The notes under the pieces were generated by a model. That model had not been told where the DNA came from. It did no database searches and saw nothing but the letters and a program-made list of their open reading frames with translations. A stretch of 64,000 bases of DNA, from NCBI RefSeq assembly GCF_038025025.1, contig NW_027117344.1, forward strand, positions 806,001 to 870,000. The letters are read 5' to 3'. Shown here in pieces: positions 47,221 to 59,238 of this stretch. Numbering within the stretch: position 1 is the first letter of the stretch; each line of letters starts with the position of its first letter. Made by a program: the position numbers and the translations under genes. This stretch comes from Phyllosticta citribraziliensis. Its lineage: Eukaryota.

Positions 47221-48433
47221 GGAGCCAATGGCCTTCCGTTGTCCTGTCAGATATGGCGCGGTTGTCGAGGCCGAGTGCCGTGGAGTGCATGGCTGGCGCA
47301 AAGCACGTGGGGGACGGGTCCGCATTGGGAGCGCGCCGAGTTTGATGCTGATGATGAGTGGAGGAATGCTACAACAACCATGGCGGGTGCGACAGAGATG
47401 AGAAGCGGCGGGTTTCAAGAGATTTGAAAGCAATACAATACAGTGGGTGCGGGGAAGGCCGACACTGACACTGGATGGCTGGAGCTGGAGCTGGAGCTGG
47501 AGGTGGAGTGGACATGGACATGGAGCACGCAGCAAGGGTCAGGCCGGGGGCAGAGAGAGGGCGGGACGGAGGGGGCGAGGAGCGAGGAGCGAGGGTGAAG
47601 CGGAGGAGTGGTGAGAGTGAGGGACCGTACCATCACAGTACAGTACAGTACAGGACACGGTGGCAGCAGCAGACGAGTGGGCCACTCGCGACGGCTGCCG
47701 TAGCATTGAGTGTACTCTGCCAGGCACTCTGGTGGTGTCTTTTTCTGGAAACTTGATAATTATTCCATTTCCATCGCCGTGCCGCCGCGCTGGTGCCGTG
47801 CCCTTGGCTACCACAGAGGGAGTCTTCGTCGGTTAGGTTGGTTCAGTTGTTGGCTGGTTGGCTGACTTCGCCTCAACCCAAGGAAGTCCACGTCCGCGTC
47901 CTCGTCCTCCTTCTTTTTCCCCCCAACCTTCCTCCTCGCTCCCGTCCCCACCGGCCTTGACCTTGACCTTGACCTTGGTTCTCTGCACTCAGGCCCCTTC
48001 TCCGCTCCTTTATAACTTCCTTCTCCTCCCGCTCGGGCTGGGGCGGTCAGGAGATCCAAGCCCCCCAGTAGCAGAGCACACGCACCCCTGCATCTCGTCC
48101 GCCCTGAGCTGCGCTGCACCTCGACCACCCACCCACATCCTCCACCTTCCTCACACCGGTTCGCACGACGCCACTCCGCCAGTCCATCTGTTGAGTCGCA
48201 GCTGCTCAACTTGGCCCTCACCCCGAGCCCGAGCTCGATCCTCACGGCTCCACCAATTCCACCTCACCCTGCGACCCTTCGCAACGCTTGCGCTGCTCAG
48301 GTCCTCCACTCCGCTGATCACGACCCTCCCCAGCCGTGACGACTGGTCCAGCCTGCACCCCGAATGTAATCTTCTCCGTGCCAATGCACCTCGACACACT
48401 GGCTAACACCTCCTAGAAATCGCCATCGCAACC

Positions 48434-49615
48434 ATGGAGCCCTGGCAGTCGTGGGCCTTGACCCTCGTGCTCGGCGCAGCCGCCTACTACTACTACAGCC
48501 TCAGCACAAGAAAGAATGCTGTCCGCCCCGCCCGCGCTGCCTCCTTCTCGGAAGACACGCCCGCCCGCACCACTCGCAAGCGAGACGAGCCAAAACCCAA
48601 GCGCAAGCCCGACACGGCCAACAAGAAGAAAGAACAGGAGGCCGTCAACAAGGCTCCGGCCATAGTCTCCCAGCAGGCCGTGGACGAGGAGCAAGACCAG
48701 GACAAGCAGTGGGCTCACCAGCTTGCCGGTCTCAAGAAGGGCACCTCCTTGGCCCCTCCGGAGCGCAACAATGCACGCAGCAAGACTGTCAAGCAGCGCT
48801 CTGCTGATGTCGACCGCGGCCTCACCTCTGGCTCCTCCACCAATGGTGCTGACGCCGACGCTGAAACCTCGCCCGCTCACTCGCCCGCGCTAAACGCCGC
48901 GGCTGGAGGCGTGGCCGACATGTTGGAAGCGGCCGCACCGGGCCCCTCTGTCCTCCGCCTGACCGAGCCCACCAACCCTGTGGTCCAGAAGAAGACTCAG
49001 AAGAAGGCTGCCCCTGAGCCCAAGGAGTCCAAGAAACAACGCCAAAATAGGAAAAGGGTCGAGCAAGAAAAGGCCATTCGCGAGGAGGCCGAGCAGGCGC
49101 GCCGACTTCAGCTCGAGCAGCAGCGCAGGACTGCCAGGGAGGCTCGCGGTGAGCCGGCCAAGAACGGCATTGGAGCGGCTCCGGCCTCCAACGCCTGGAC
49201 GGCCAAGAAGGAGACGACGTCCAATGGTGACGGCCCTCTTCTGGACACGTTTGAGCCCAAGGCTACCAACAGCCGTCCTTCGGCCCCTACTGGAACGGGT
49301 TGGGAGCGTGACCTGCCCTCAGAGGAAGAGCAGATGCGCCTGGCCATGGCCGACTCTGGCTGGAACACGGTTGAGAAGGGCAAGAAGGGCAAGAAGAAAA
49401 CGGCCAGTGCCGAGCCCGAATCTGTTTCGGCCAAGGAGGTGCCAGAAGTTCAATCTCTCCCGTTGACGGACACGAGTAACACTTCTCGTTCTAACACCAT
49501 GTCCACAGACAATGACGCGAAGCCCAATGGACTCGGCGCCAGCGCGGTCAACGTTGATTACATGAGGGGCGACATTGGCAGCCATCCTCAGGATTCTGAC
49601 TGGGCGGTCGTGTGA
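48434..49615 (+). CDS. Fungal protein with N-terminal membrane anchor and charged coiled segment; function unknown
   Basis: 393-aa ORF; WALTLVLGAAAYYYY anchor, DMLE....GPSVLRL, ESKKQRQN, LE.QRRTAREARGEPAKNG, LPSEEEQMR and DSDWAVV end. Confidence 0.85.
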   Translation: MEPWQSWALTLVLGAAAYYYYSLSTRKNAVRPARAASFSEDTPARTTRKRDEPKPKRKPDTANKKKEQEAVNKAPAIVSQQAVDEEQDQDKQWAHQLAGLKKGTSLAPPERNNARSKTVKQRSADVDRGLTSGSSTNGADADAETSPAHSPALNAAAGGVADMLEAAAPGPSVLRLTEPTNPVVQKKTQKKAAPEPKESKKQRQNRKRVEQEKAIREEAEQARRLQLEQQRRTAREARGEPAKNGIGAAPASNAWTAKKETTSNGDGPLLDTFEPKATNSRPSAPTGTGWERDLPSEEEQMRLAMADSGWNTVEKGKKGKKKTASAEPESVSAKEVPEVQSLPLTDTSNTSRSNTMSTDNDAKPNGLGASAVNVDYMRGDIGSHPQDSDWAVV

Positions 49616-50521
49616 GGGCAGTGACCGCACACGGACTGCAGTCGAAAACACCAAGAGGCGCGAATAATAGTTCGCAGAATCTGCGGGCACGCCCGTTACG
49701 CATGCCAGCCAAGTTGTCGGACGGCGGTTTAGGTGCATGAGCGTTGAGTGGCATATATCCCTTTTCTTCACGCGCGCGAGGGGGCGCTTCATTTCCATTC
49801 GCTTGTATTCTGCGACAGGTTTTCTGGTTTAGGGGCCGTCATGAGCAGCATGTATTGGGGCGGACAAATTGGGCTGAAAGATGTGGCGGAAGAGGACAGT
49901 AAGAGGCAGTGCAGGATCTGATGATGGACGAAGAACAGCGCGCCGAATTGGTTTTCTGTCGTGCTGGTCTTGGTGTCGGGAAGGCTTGCGATTGGAGTAG
50001 ACGTCGGATGAGGAGCAGTTGTGTAGATTAATGTGTGAAGCATGCCACGATTGCCGGATGCATGTCTGTGAATTGCACATGTTGTGTCGAGGTGAAGCCG
50101 CGGTGAGGTGAGCGATGCAGGTGGACGGTGGACGGTCGACGGCGGGCGGCGGGCGGGAGAGCAACGGGCTTGGCGGCCAAGGCATAAATAGGTAGGTACG
50201 GTCAATAAGCAGTCAGTCGGTATACCATACCCACTGGACCTGTGAAAGGGAAAAGCATTCAATCTTTAAAAGGCTAGCCAAGGCCCTTCTCCCTCTCTTG
50301 TCTTGTCCTGTCCTGCGCCGACACCCGTTTTCGTCCCTCCCTCCGCGCTGCGCTGCTCTGCTCTGCTCGCCTGCATTGCACCACTCCTCTTGTTCGAACA
50401 GCCACGTTGCGCTTCGCTCCAGCTCCAGCTCCCATCCCCGCCAACCTCCGCGGCCAACCTCACCGTCCGTCGCCTCCTCTCCCTCGACCACGCTCTCTAC
50501 CTCCCTGCCCTCCATCTCGAC

Positions 50522-51654
50522 ATGGCCCAAATAAGAGGCACCGCGGGCTACCACCTCGGCAACCAGAGCCCATTCGGTGGCCCTGGGCGAGCCGAAGCCA
50601 CAAACGACCCGAGTCCGCTGGACGCCATCAGGGAGCAGACAAGCAAGATTGAGGACTGGCTGGACACGCTGGCCGATCCTGTGAAGCCGTGAGTGCTCCT
50701 TGCTCGTGCCCCCCGGCTGCCATCGCATCGCAACCGCGGGCCGCTGGGGAACCACAGAGCTGCACCGACAAGCTGACGCTGCGGGCATTCTAGCTACCTC
50801 CCAGCGATCGGACGCTTCTTGATTGTCGTCACCTTTTTGGAAGATGCGCTGCGCATCATTACGCAGTGGAGCGATCAGCTCACATACCTCAAGGACTATA
50901 GGCACAGTAAAACTCGCCGAATCCATCATGAGACATGGCATTGAGCACCTTGCTGACCCTAGCCTTCATGCAGTTCCCTCGGGTATCACGCATCTGTTCC
51001 TCATTGCCAACGTCATTGTCATGACCACTTGTTCCTTCTTCATCATTGTACGGAGACATTCTGAATACGCCGTCGGCGGCCTCCTCGGTGTCGTCGTCAC
51101 GCAAGCGCTCGGTTACGGCCTCATTTTCGACCTCAACTTCTTCCTGCGCAACTTGTCGGTCGTGGGTGGTCTCCTGATGGTGTTGTCGGATTCGTGGGTG
51201 CGCAAGAAGTTTGCTCCGGCCGGCCTGCCCCAAATCGATGAAAAGGACCGCAAGATGTACTTCCAGCTGGCGGGTCGCGTGCTCCTCATCTTCCTCTTTG
51301 TGGGCTTCGTCTACTCGGGTGACTGGAGCTTCTGGCGCGTTCTCGTGTCGGTGCTTGGCTTCATTTCGTGCGTCATGGTCGTTGTGGGCTTCAAGGCCAA
51401 GTGGAGTGCCACGATGCTGGTCCTGATTCTCAGCATCTTCAACGTGCTGGTCAACAACTTTTGGACTCTGCACCCCCACCACCCCCACAAGGACTTTGCC
51501 AAGTACGACTTTTTCCAGATTCTGTCGATTGTGTAAGTGCCATGATACTATTCTAGCAATTTCGCTGCTGACACGTGATAGCGGTGGTCTTTTGCTCCTG
51601 GTCAACATGGGTCCCGGTCAATTCAGCGTCGACGAAAAGAAGAAGGTCTACTAA
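50522..51654 (+). CDS. ERV29: SURF4/Erv29 COPII cargo receptor
   Basis: VKPYLPAIGRFLIVVTFLEDALRI, FFLRNLSVVGGLLM, LAGRVLLIFLF, GFKAKWSA and KYDFFQILSIVGGLLLLVNMGPG..SVDEKKKVY (dilysine signal); introns 50689-50793, 50907-50973 and 51533-51581. Confidence 0.95.
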
Positions 51655-53150
51655 GCCTGCACGACGCCTCGCACAGAACTTACTTCCGTGTGCGAGCTGG
51701 CAGGCTATGGGGAAGAAAGAGAGACCGTTGTATTTCTCTTTAACCGGTCGAATTTTTACACATCAGTCTCAGAAGCAGCACTGCTTTTTTGTTTCACTAC
51801 TTTGTTTTTGGGTGCAGTGCGCGCAAAGATTCACTACTTCCCTCCTACGCGGGAGGAAGCGAGGAAGGGGGAATTGTCGTCAGTCAAGGCGACGGAAAAA
51901 AGCATAGCCAACAAACGATACGCAACGCACGTCATGCGCAAGGGGCTCTGGGTTGTCGTTACGGCAGCAAGAGAAGGAGGGAGGTCGCTTGGTTTGGACG
52001 AGTGGATGGACAGACAGACGGACGTTGATGGATGTACGGACAGACGAATGGATGGATGGACGACGATTGCGCGGGCGTACAGTACATACAATCAAGCCAC
52101 ACACGTTCTGGTACAACAACAACGACGGCTACGATGACGACGAGAAAGGCAAGATGTTGGACTGTCCTGCGCTGACACCATCACGGCGCTGAGTAGCCCT
52201 ACATGCTTACTTCAATGCCTGGAACTGCAACCTACCACCAGCATTGCCTGCGGTAGGTATTTACGCTCCAGCATGATATTCCCGTCAGGGTTGTCACGCC
52301 TGTCTGCCTGTCTACCTGTCCTCCCAGGCAAAGCTGTCCATAACCCGAGCTGACCGCCGGCGCGTTTGCTGAATCGGGTCTCGTTTGGATGGAATTGGGT
52401 GGCGTTTTCCCTTGATCAATTTATTAGTGGAGAGACTGCCGGGTTTTATCTTGGTCTGCGTGATTCCCGTATTTCTTGGGTGTGCTTTTTGTTGATTTGG
52501 GACTGCCGCTTTTCTTGTAGGATATAAAGACAGACATCTCGAATTGAATTGGACTGGGATTGGCATGGGCGGGGGCTGAGGAGCTTTCAGAAACACGGTG
52601 CTGAGTATCCTCACTGCACGTTTTGCGGCTGTTCAGTGGCTGCAACCCGTGGTTATCCCCTCGGTCCATTATTCGAGCACAATCTACAATCAAATTTGGC
52701 ACCTGCTGGTAGTTCGTGCGTGGGGAGCACGCGCTCGTAGCTCGTAACTCGTAACAGAACAGGAAGGTACCCAGAAACAGAGCGCATCTTTATTCAGTGT
52801 TTGCAGGGGGAGGGAGCGCGCAAGCTTGGGCCAGCGATCAACCCAGCAGCGATGCAGGGAGCCGCGGGGAGCCAGGCAGGTTGGTTGGTTCCTCGCAGGG
52901 GGGTGGGTGGGATGGACCGAGGAGGACCCTGGGACGAGATAACGGACGGCACCGCGGCGGCGGCGGGGACCAAGCTACCTACATCATCGCATCATCAACA
53001 TCATCGTCATCGGCACCATCATTTCATCACTTCTGCTTCTGCACTTAGATCAGAATAGGCAAACGGCTTCGGTCCTTTTCTGCATTTCTGGTTCTAGGCT
53101 TTGGGCTTGGTTGTTGGGAGCTGCTTGTTTGCTCTTTTTGATTGATCGAT

Positions 53151-55149
53151 ATGGACGCAGCGACGGCGGCGGAGACGAGGAGCGGCGGCGCTAATAGGGT
53201 CATTATTGACACGGATCCGGTGAGTGTGTTTGTTCCTTCGTGAAACTTTGCTGCAGAGTAGTCTTGCATGAAGCATCCGTTGTTGCCTTTGTCATACTTC
53301 CCGTTGGGCTTGTTGCAGTGCTTCTTGTCCCATGATGCAAGAGATGAGGGATCGAAGAGTGGAGACGGCTACCGTACTTCAGGCTGATGTATTGGCCGTA
53401 TGATTAAATGGCTGACTCTGGGTGACAGGGCGTCGACGACGTGCTCGCGTTGCTGCTGGCGCTTTCGGCTCGCAGCGACGAGTTGGAGGTGCTGGGTTTG
53501 ACGTTGACGTGGGGGAACATCGATGTTGAGAAGTGAGTGTTCCAGGACTTTTTGGCTTTTGATGAAAAGACATTTATCCATTTCCCCTGTATTGCTTCCT
53601 TCCTGGATGAATTTCTGTTTGATGGTTTCTTACGTGGCCATTTTTTCTGATCACAGTGCAGCTGTCTGCGCAATGTCGTCTCCATGTTCCATTGGATCGA
53701 AAAGGAAATGGAGTGGAGGAAAGAGAGGGGCCAACCCGAAGGGTTTGAGACTTTGAGAAAGACCAAGCCATTTGGTAAGTTTGTCTTGTGGTCCGCAGCC
53801 ATGTGTTTTGCTGAATATCAGAGCAGTTGCCGTGGGCGCACAAGAGCCCCTGGCTGATCAGATCGTCATGGCTGATTATTTCCGTACGTATGTCTGTTTG
53901 TGAATCGATCAGTCATATTTGCTGATCTCGACAGATGGTGTTGATGGACTCGGTGGGATCCATTCTAGCGTGAGTTCTATCTCAGTGTTGCAAACACCCA
54001 TCTGACCGAAGACAGCACCCACACCTCTCTCCGGAAGAGACTTGGAAAGACTTGTTTGCCTCGGCACTCTCTTCCACCGATCAAGAGACCAGAGAGGCCG
54101 CTCAAGAAGCACACCAGCCCAACGCCCTGTTCACGCCATCCAACCGCCGCGCCCACCACGAAATCCTCCGCGTCCTCAAGGAGAATGAGCCCAACACAAT
54201 TAGCATCGTAGCCATAGGCCCGCTCACCAATCTCGCTCTGGCAGCTGCCGAGGACCCCGAGACTTTTCTCCGCGTCAAAGAAGTCATCGTCATGGGCGGC
54301 GCCATCAAGGAAATGGGAAACGTACCACCACCCCTTTCTCTTCGATCCTCCTCTATCAAAGCACCCCCTTTCAACCTCATCAAGCAACCCCCGACGCCTC
54401 TCAGAGCATCGCTAAACACGCGGAACCAGGTGACCCCAGTGGCCGAATTCAACGTCTACGCCGACAGCGTCGCCGCCGCGCGCGTCTTCGCGCTGACATC
54501 GCCCACGCCCGCGACGACGATGCCTCCTCCCGCCCCACCCAATCCGTCCGCCGCATCATCACAACCGCATCCAAAGCACCTCGGGCCTTACCCGCAGTCC
54601 CTCTCGCGCACCCTCAAGCTCGTCCTCTTCCCGCTCGACATCACCGAAACCCACGCCCTGACAAGCGGCCAATTCACCGCCCTCACCTCACCTCTCCTCT
54701 CCACCTCGTCGTCTCCCTCGCCCCTCGCAACGTGGGTCACAGTCTTCGTCAACTCGACCTTCGCCAAAATCAACTCGCTTGCCGCCGCCCCGCCCGCCGA
54801 CGCCGCCGCCGTCGCCCTCGCCCTGCACGACCCGCTGACCGTGTGGTACGCGCTGAGCCCGCAGCACGCCGGCTGGAAGGCCGCCACTACCATCTTGGAA
54901 GGGAAACCCGTGCCGTGGCAGGACATCCGCGTCGAGACGGCCGGCCAGTGGACGCGCGGCATGTGCGTCGTCGACGAGCGGCCTCTCGCGCGGCGCACCG
55001 ACGGCCCGCTGGACGCCGAGGTCCCTGGTGATGCGGGTAATTGGCTTAGTGAGGTCGCGGGGAATCGCGTTACCCGCATGGTGGGCAGTCCGGGGCCGGA
55101 GCGGTTTGGAAGCGTTTTGCTGGGAAGAATCTTTGGCGTTGAGGTGTGA
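53151..55149 (+). CDS. Inosine/uridine-preferring nucleoside hydrolase
   Basis: IIDTDPGVDD, GN, HGVDGLG, GPLTNLA, MGG..GN, TPVAEFNVYAD, FPLDIT and LHDP motifs; introns 53220-53428, 53533-53661, 53775-53826, 53884-53934, 53970-54015 and probably 54322-54429. Confidence 0.92.
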
Positions 55150-56931
55150 AGTGCTGGAGCAGAGGCGAGGTAGGAAGGGGTAGGGGTAGGTGTCGTAGGA
55201 GGGTGGCAGAGCGGCGTCCGAGCAGTTTGACTAGGTGGTTTAGAATGCTTCCAGATTTTGCATCTCCCAGGCAGGAATTGACGTAGGCAGGTAGGCAGGT
55301 AGGTCGATACGTGCTCTCTGATAGAGGTCCTCCACAACAACAACAACAACAGGACCGAGTGACACAAAGCAAAAAGACTCTCTACATCCAACACCCTCTA
55401 ACCACCCATCCATCCATCCACAACCTACAACTCTAGCCACGCACCCCAAGTACTTACGCACGCACGCATGCATGCATACCCAACGCCCACGCACCACACC
55501 ATCTATCTGTCTCCCCATCCCCGCGCGTCCCACCCACCATCCACGCACACAACCCCAAAGAGGAGGAGCAAAGAAAAAGCAAGCCCACATGTGTCAGGTC
55601 AACCCACGTTCCGCTCTACGCAAAACAATCACAAAAGAAAAAGGAAGGCTTCCCCGCTATTCGATACTCTGTCAGTCAGTCGATTCACGCACCACCCACC
55701 CATGGTCTCCTGGAGATGAGAAGACGGCATGCAACACGTAGCAGATGGATTGACGAGCAAATGACCGGATTGGGGTTCTATGATGGGTTACGGACCGCTC
55801 CCAACTCTATCCCTTGTCTCAAAAGCTTTTCCTCTCTCTCTCTCTCTCTCTTCTTGATCGCCCGCTTGCGCAAAGAATCTGATCTAGGTGACGTAACGAC
55901 TCTAGTCAAAAAAACCACACAAGCCCAGGAAAGCAGGGACGTTTTCTGACGCCCAACAACACGTCGTGCTACATGGATAGATAGAGGCAATGAGATAGAG
56001 TTGGAGACAGGTAGACAGACAGAGAGAGAGAGATGGATGACGACAAGCAGACGCACCAACTTCAATTCATCAGCCCAAACCCCGCCAAAGCAAAATGCAA
56101 ACGCAAACGCAAACGCAAAAGCCGTCGCCGCAATCATCGCCGAGCCGATGCAAAAATCTGATGCTTTCTATTCTACTGCTTCCTCTACTACTGCTACTGC
56201 TGCTTCAACTACTTTTGCTTCCACTGCTGCTGCTACTGCTGCTACGGAAAAGAGATGGAGAGAAAAAGTGAGGAGGAGGCGAGCGATGATGGTGAGTGAT
56301 TGAGAGAGATGGAGAGATAGAGAAAGAGAGAAGACCAGAGCAAGATAGATGGACCACCACACCACGTCGCGCAGACAGACAGACAAACAGACAGCCGACC
56401 TACCGACACTGCAGCAAAGCATGATGCCACGCTGAGAACAGAGAGCGGCCGCCGACTGAACCGCAAGCGACGGACAAGAGAGAGAGATGACAAGGAAAAA
56501 GGGAAACAAAAAAGGCCAGCAAAATATAAAACAAGAAAACACTGCGCTGGGTATCAGTAACGACAGCTCGGGCTGGCTGGCTGGCTCGCTGGTGTGCTAT
56601 AGCAAACTAAACAAAGCATGCATGCATTTGCGCGGCAACCCAATCCCTTTCCTTCACCTCCTGCTCCTCCCCCAACACGACCAAAGATGGAGCACGCGGA
56701 ATGACTAAATAGGACGAGAGCTACATGACGAACGACGAGAGGGGAACAAGCGGGTGGATGCATGATGGGGTGAATTTGTACAGAGAAGATGATTTAATAT
56801 GGACACGAATAGTCAAGGGAGACAGAAATTTTTTGATGCTGCTCATGAAGAAGATTGAGGGGATGAGGTGGGTGAGGTGTTGGAGATGGATGTGGTGGAC
56901 AGGAGTGGTTGCATGAGATTACGCGACTTGA

Positions 56932-59238
56932 TCAAAACTTGAGCCAACTCATGTCCTGGTTGCCAATGGCCTTTTGCCTTTGTTCGTCTGACGGCGGCAG
57001 CGACGGCACTCCTCCGGGGAAAACGGTGTTTGTGCTGTCGCGGTTGCCGTCACTTGCCGCTGGCGGGTTGGGGTGCAAGCTGGGCGGGTACAGCGAGTTT
57101 GCGCGTCCCCCCGGCGTGGGGAATCCAATGGTACTAGCACCGTCGGGATAGTACGAGCTCGTCGTGTCAGCGGCCACCTGGCTGCCTGGTCTGCTCTCGG
57201 GGTACACGCTGCTCGGCACGCGGTTGTTCCAGTCGCTTCCGCCCATGGGCGTCCAAGCCTTTTCTGGGTCCAGCGTGGACATTCTGCGCCCTTCGGCACT
57301 GCCGTCGGAGCTTACGCTGGGCGCACGCTCGAGCTTCGCCCGCATAGGCGTGCCCATGCCGCTGGACAAGTCTTCCCTCGAGTGTGAAATGGTAGGACTG
57401 GCTGTGTTGACCCGACTAAGCGGAGCTCCGTCGAGGGTAAAGCTGAGGTCAAGCGGCGGCACCATTTGCGCGTTGAGTCTGGACTTGTTCACCCCAACTG
57501 TCCCAGGCGTTGTGATTTCCGTGACGCTCAAATCACTGTTGCGAGATCCTGCGGAGAGGAATGTGTCGCGGTTGTAGGGTTCCTGAAGGTTTGTCGCTTC
57601 GTTGTTGGCAAAGTAGCGACTCCATCCTGAGCTCCGGCTGCGGTCCTTGGGTGCCTTGTCGGAGCTCTCGGCTTCAATCTGGGTCGAGTAGGCAGGTGCC
57701 TTTTCGCCCATCTTGTCCATCTCCAAGGGGTCGTTGTAGGCAAGGGGGCTGCTAGCCGGCTTCTTCACCATGGGAGCGTTGCTTGCGTCGCTGGCTGTGC
57801 CTCGGTGCCCACTGCTCCCCTTGAGATCACTAACCTTGCCAGACATGATGGCGAGCGAAGTCATGGAAGCATTCTTATCTGGACCCGGGTATGCTGGTGG
57901 CGTTTGGCCCATCTGGCTGATACCCCGGTCAGCAAAGCTGAGGCGGTCCTTTTCGTCCCCTGCCGGTCCGACTTGCTTCTTCTTCCGGTCATGCCGGCAA
58001 CGCAGTGCCACTAGAATGATGACGAGGAAAAATGCGAAACCAGCGATACTTCCCAGGGTCGCGGCCAAGACCGTCACCAAGCGGGTGTTGTGCCCACCGT
58101 CGCCAGACGCAGCGGCGGCGGCAGTAGAACTACTCGCGGCAGTGGCAGATACGGCATTGCTTGCTAGTCCAAGCGATGAGGAGGCGGAGGAAGAAAGTCC
58201 AGTTGAAGATGTGAGGGATGCAGACGAACTGGTGGAGCTGTGGAATTTGGAAGATGTCGAGGTACCAGAGAAAAAGGCCGTGGCATTCATCCATGAATTT
58301 TTTTCTTCGTCGAAAACGGCCAAGGGCTCCTGCGTGTTTCCTCCGGTAATCCATGTGCGGCCAGAGGAGTCCTGCGCGAGAGAAGCGCCATTGCGCGTCG
58401 TGTTGGGTGCAAAGGTCGTGTTGTAAGACGGCCAGTCTGCAATAGTAAGATCTCGTTTTCTAGCGCCCACGGCCTGTCCAGAAGAGGCAACAGCTCCCCC
58501 TGCATCCAGTAACGCCAGCCTCGTGACATCATTTGGCGCAGTCGCAAAATTGTACTCTTCCAGGACCTTGCTGCCGTCGCTACCGTCTACCAGCGTGACT
58601 TTGGTGGTTTGTTGGTCCGTAATGGCTGCCGGGAGATAGACTCCAAGATTCGACCATCCCGAGGCCGCGCTAAAAGTCCAAACGGCCGTGTTCTCGACGT
58701 CGCCGCCAATCATGAGCGCGGTGCTCTCGTTCCAGGGCATGATGAGCGGGTTGACGAGGCCCGGCGCGCCAGCAGACGTGTACGATTGCACACTGTAAGG
58801 AGCATCAATGTTGATGGTGAAGGTGCCCGAGGCCTTGCCGGTGCTTCCATCCTGGGAGCCGGCGTAAACAAGAATCTGCGATGTCGAGCTGAGGAACGTT
58901 GCGCCATGGTACTGGCGATCCGAGGTGATGATGTCGGTAGGGGTGATGGTGTCCCAGGTCGAAGTGGAAAAGGTATACTTTTGCAGTCCGGGGTAATTCA
59001 GAGAAGCATCGGCCGTGCCTCCAACAATGTAAAGAGCGGCCTGGCTGTCGTCACCGTGTGGGGTCACCAGCACACACTGGGCGCCCGTGGCCGAGACGCC
59101 GTTGGTCAACGACTTCCATTTGCCGCCCTCCTTGAGCGATATGGACTGGAAAGCGTTTGGCTGGTAGACGTAGAGAGTATCATCGTGGACGACGGAACAG
59201 TGGTCTGAAAAAGCCACCGGTGGTGAGGGGACACCCAT
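56932..59238 (-). CDS. Kelch/galactose-oxidase-like beta-propeller single-pass membrane protein with Ser/Thr stalk and disordered tail
   Basis: First ATG at 59238; HCSVVHDDTLYVY, LYIVGG, LQKYTFSTSTW, R.YHGA, ILVYAG, ALMIGG and WITGG kelch-like blades; Ser/Ala stalk; TM segment VLAATLGSIAGFAFFLVIILVAL followed by basic residues; DRLSFADRG, SSGWSRYF and DMSWL motifs. Confidence 0.8.
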   Translation of the reverse strand: MGVPSPPVAFSDHCSVVHDDTLYVYQPNAFQSISLKEGGKWKSLTNGVSATGAQCVLVTPHGDDSQAALYIVGGTADASLNYPGLQKYTFSTSTWDTITPTDIITSDRQYHGATFLSSTSQILVYAGSQDGSTGKASGTFTINIDAPYSVQSYTSAGAPGLVNPLIMPWNESTALMIGGDVENTAVWTFSAASGWSNLGVYLPAAITDQQTTKVTLVDGSDGSKVLEEYNFATAPNDVTRLALLDAGGAVASSGQAVGARKRDLTIADWPSYNTTFAPNTTRNGASLAQDSSGRTWITGGNTQEPLAVFDEEKNSWMNATAFFSGTSTSSKFHSSTSSSASLTSSTGLSSSASSSLGLASNAVSATAASSSTAAAAASGDGGHNTRLVTVLAATLGSIAGFAFFLVIILVALRCRHDRKKKQVGPAGDEKDRLSFADRGISQMGQTPPAYPGPDKNASMTSLAIMSGKVSDLKGSSGHRGTASDASNAPMVKKPASSPLAYNDPLEMDKMGEKAPAYSTQIEAESSDKAPKDRSRSSGWSRYFANNEATNLQEPYNRDTFLSAGSRNSDLSVTEITTPGTVGVNKSRLNAQMVPPLDLSFTLDGAPLSRVNTASPTISHSREDLSSGMGTPMRAKLERAPSVSSDGSAEGRRMSTLDPEKAWTPMGGSDWNNRVPSSVYPESRPGSQVAADTTSSYYPDGASTIGFPTPGGRANSLYPPSLHPNPPAASDGNRDSTNTVFPGGVPSLPPSDEQRQKAIGNQDMSWLKF

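Noticed and set aside
53533..53661. Intronic C/D snoRNA (TTGATGA ... CTGA) in hydrolase intron 2
   Set aside because: Imperfect C box, the CTGA doubles as the likely branch site, and I recognised no terminal stem or rRNA guide.
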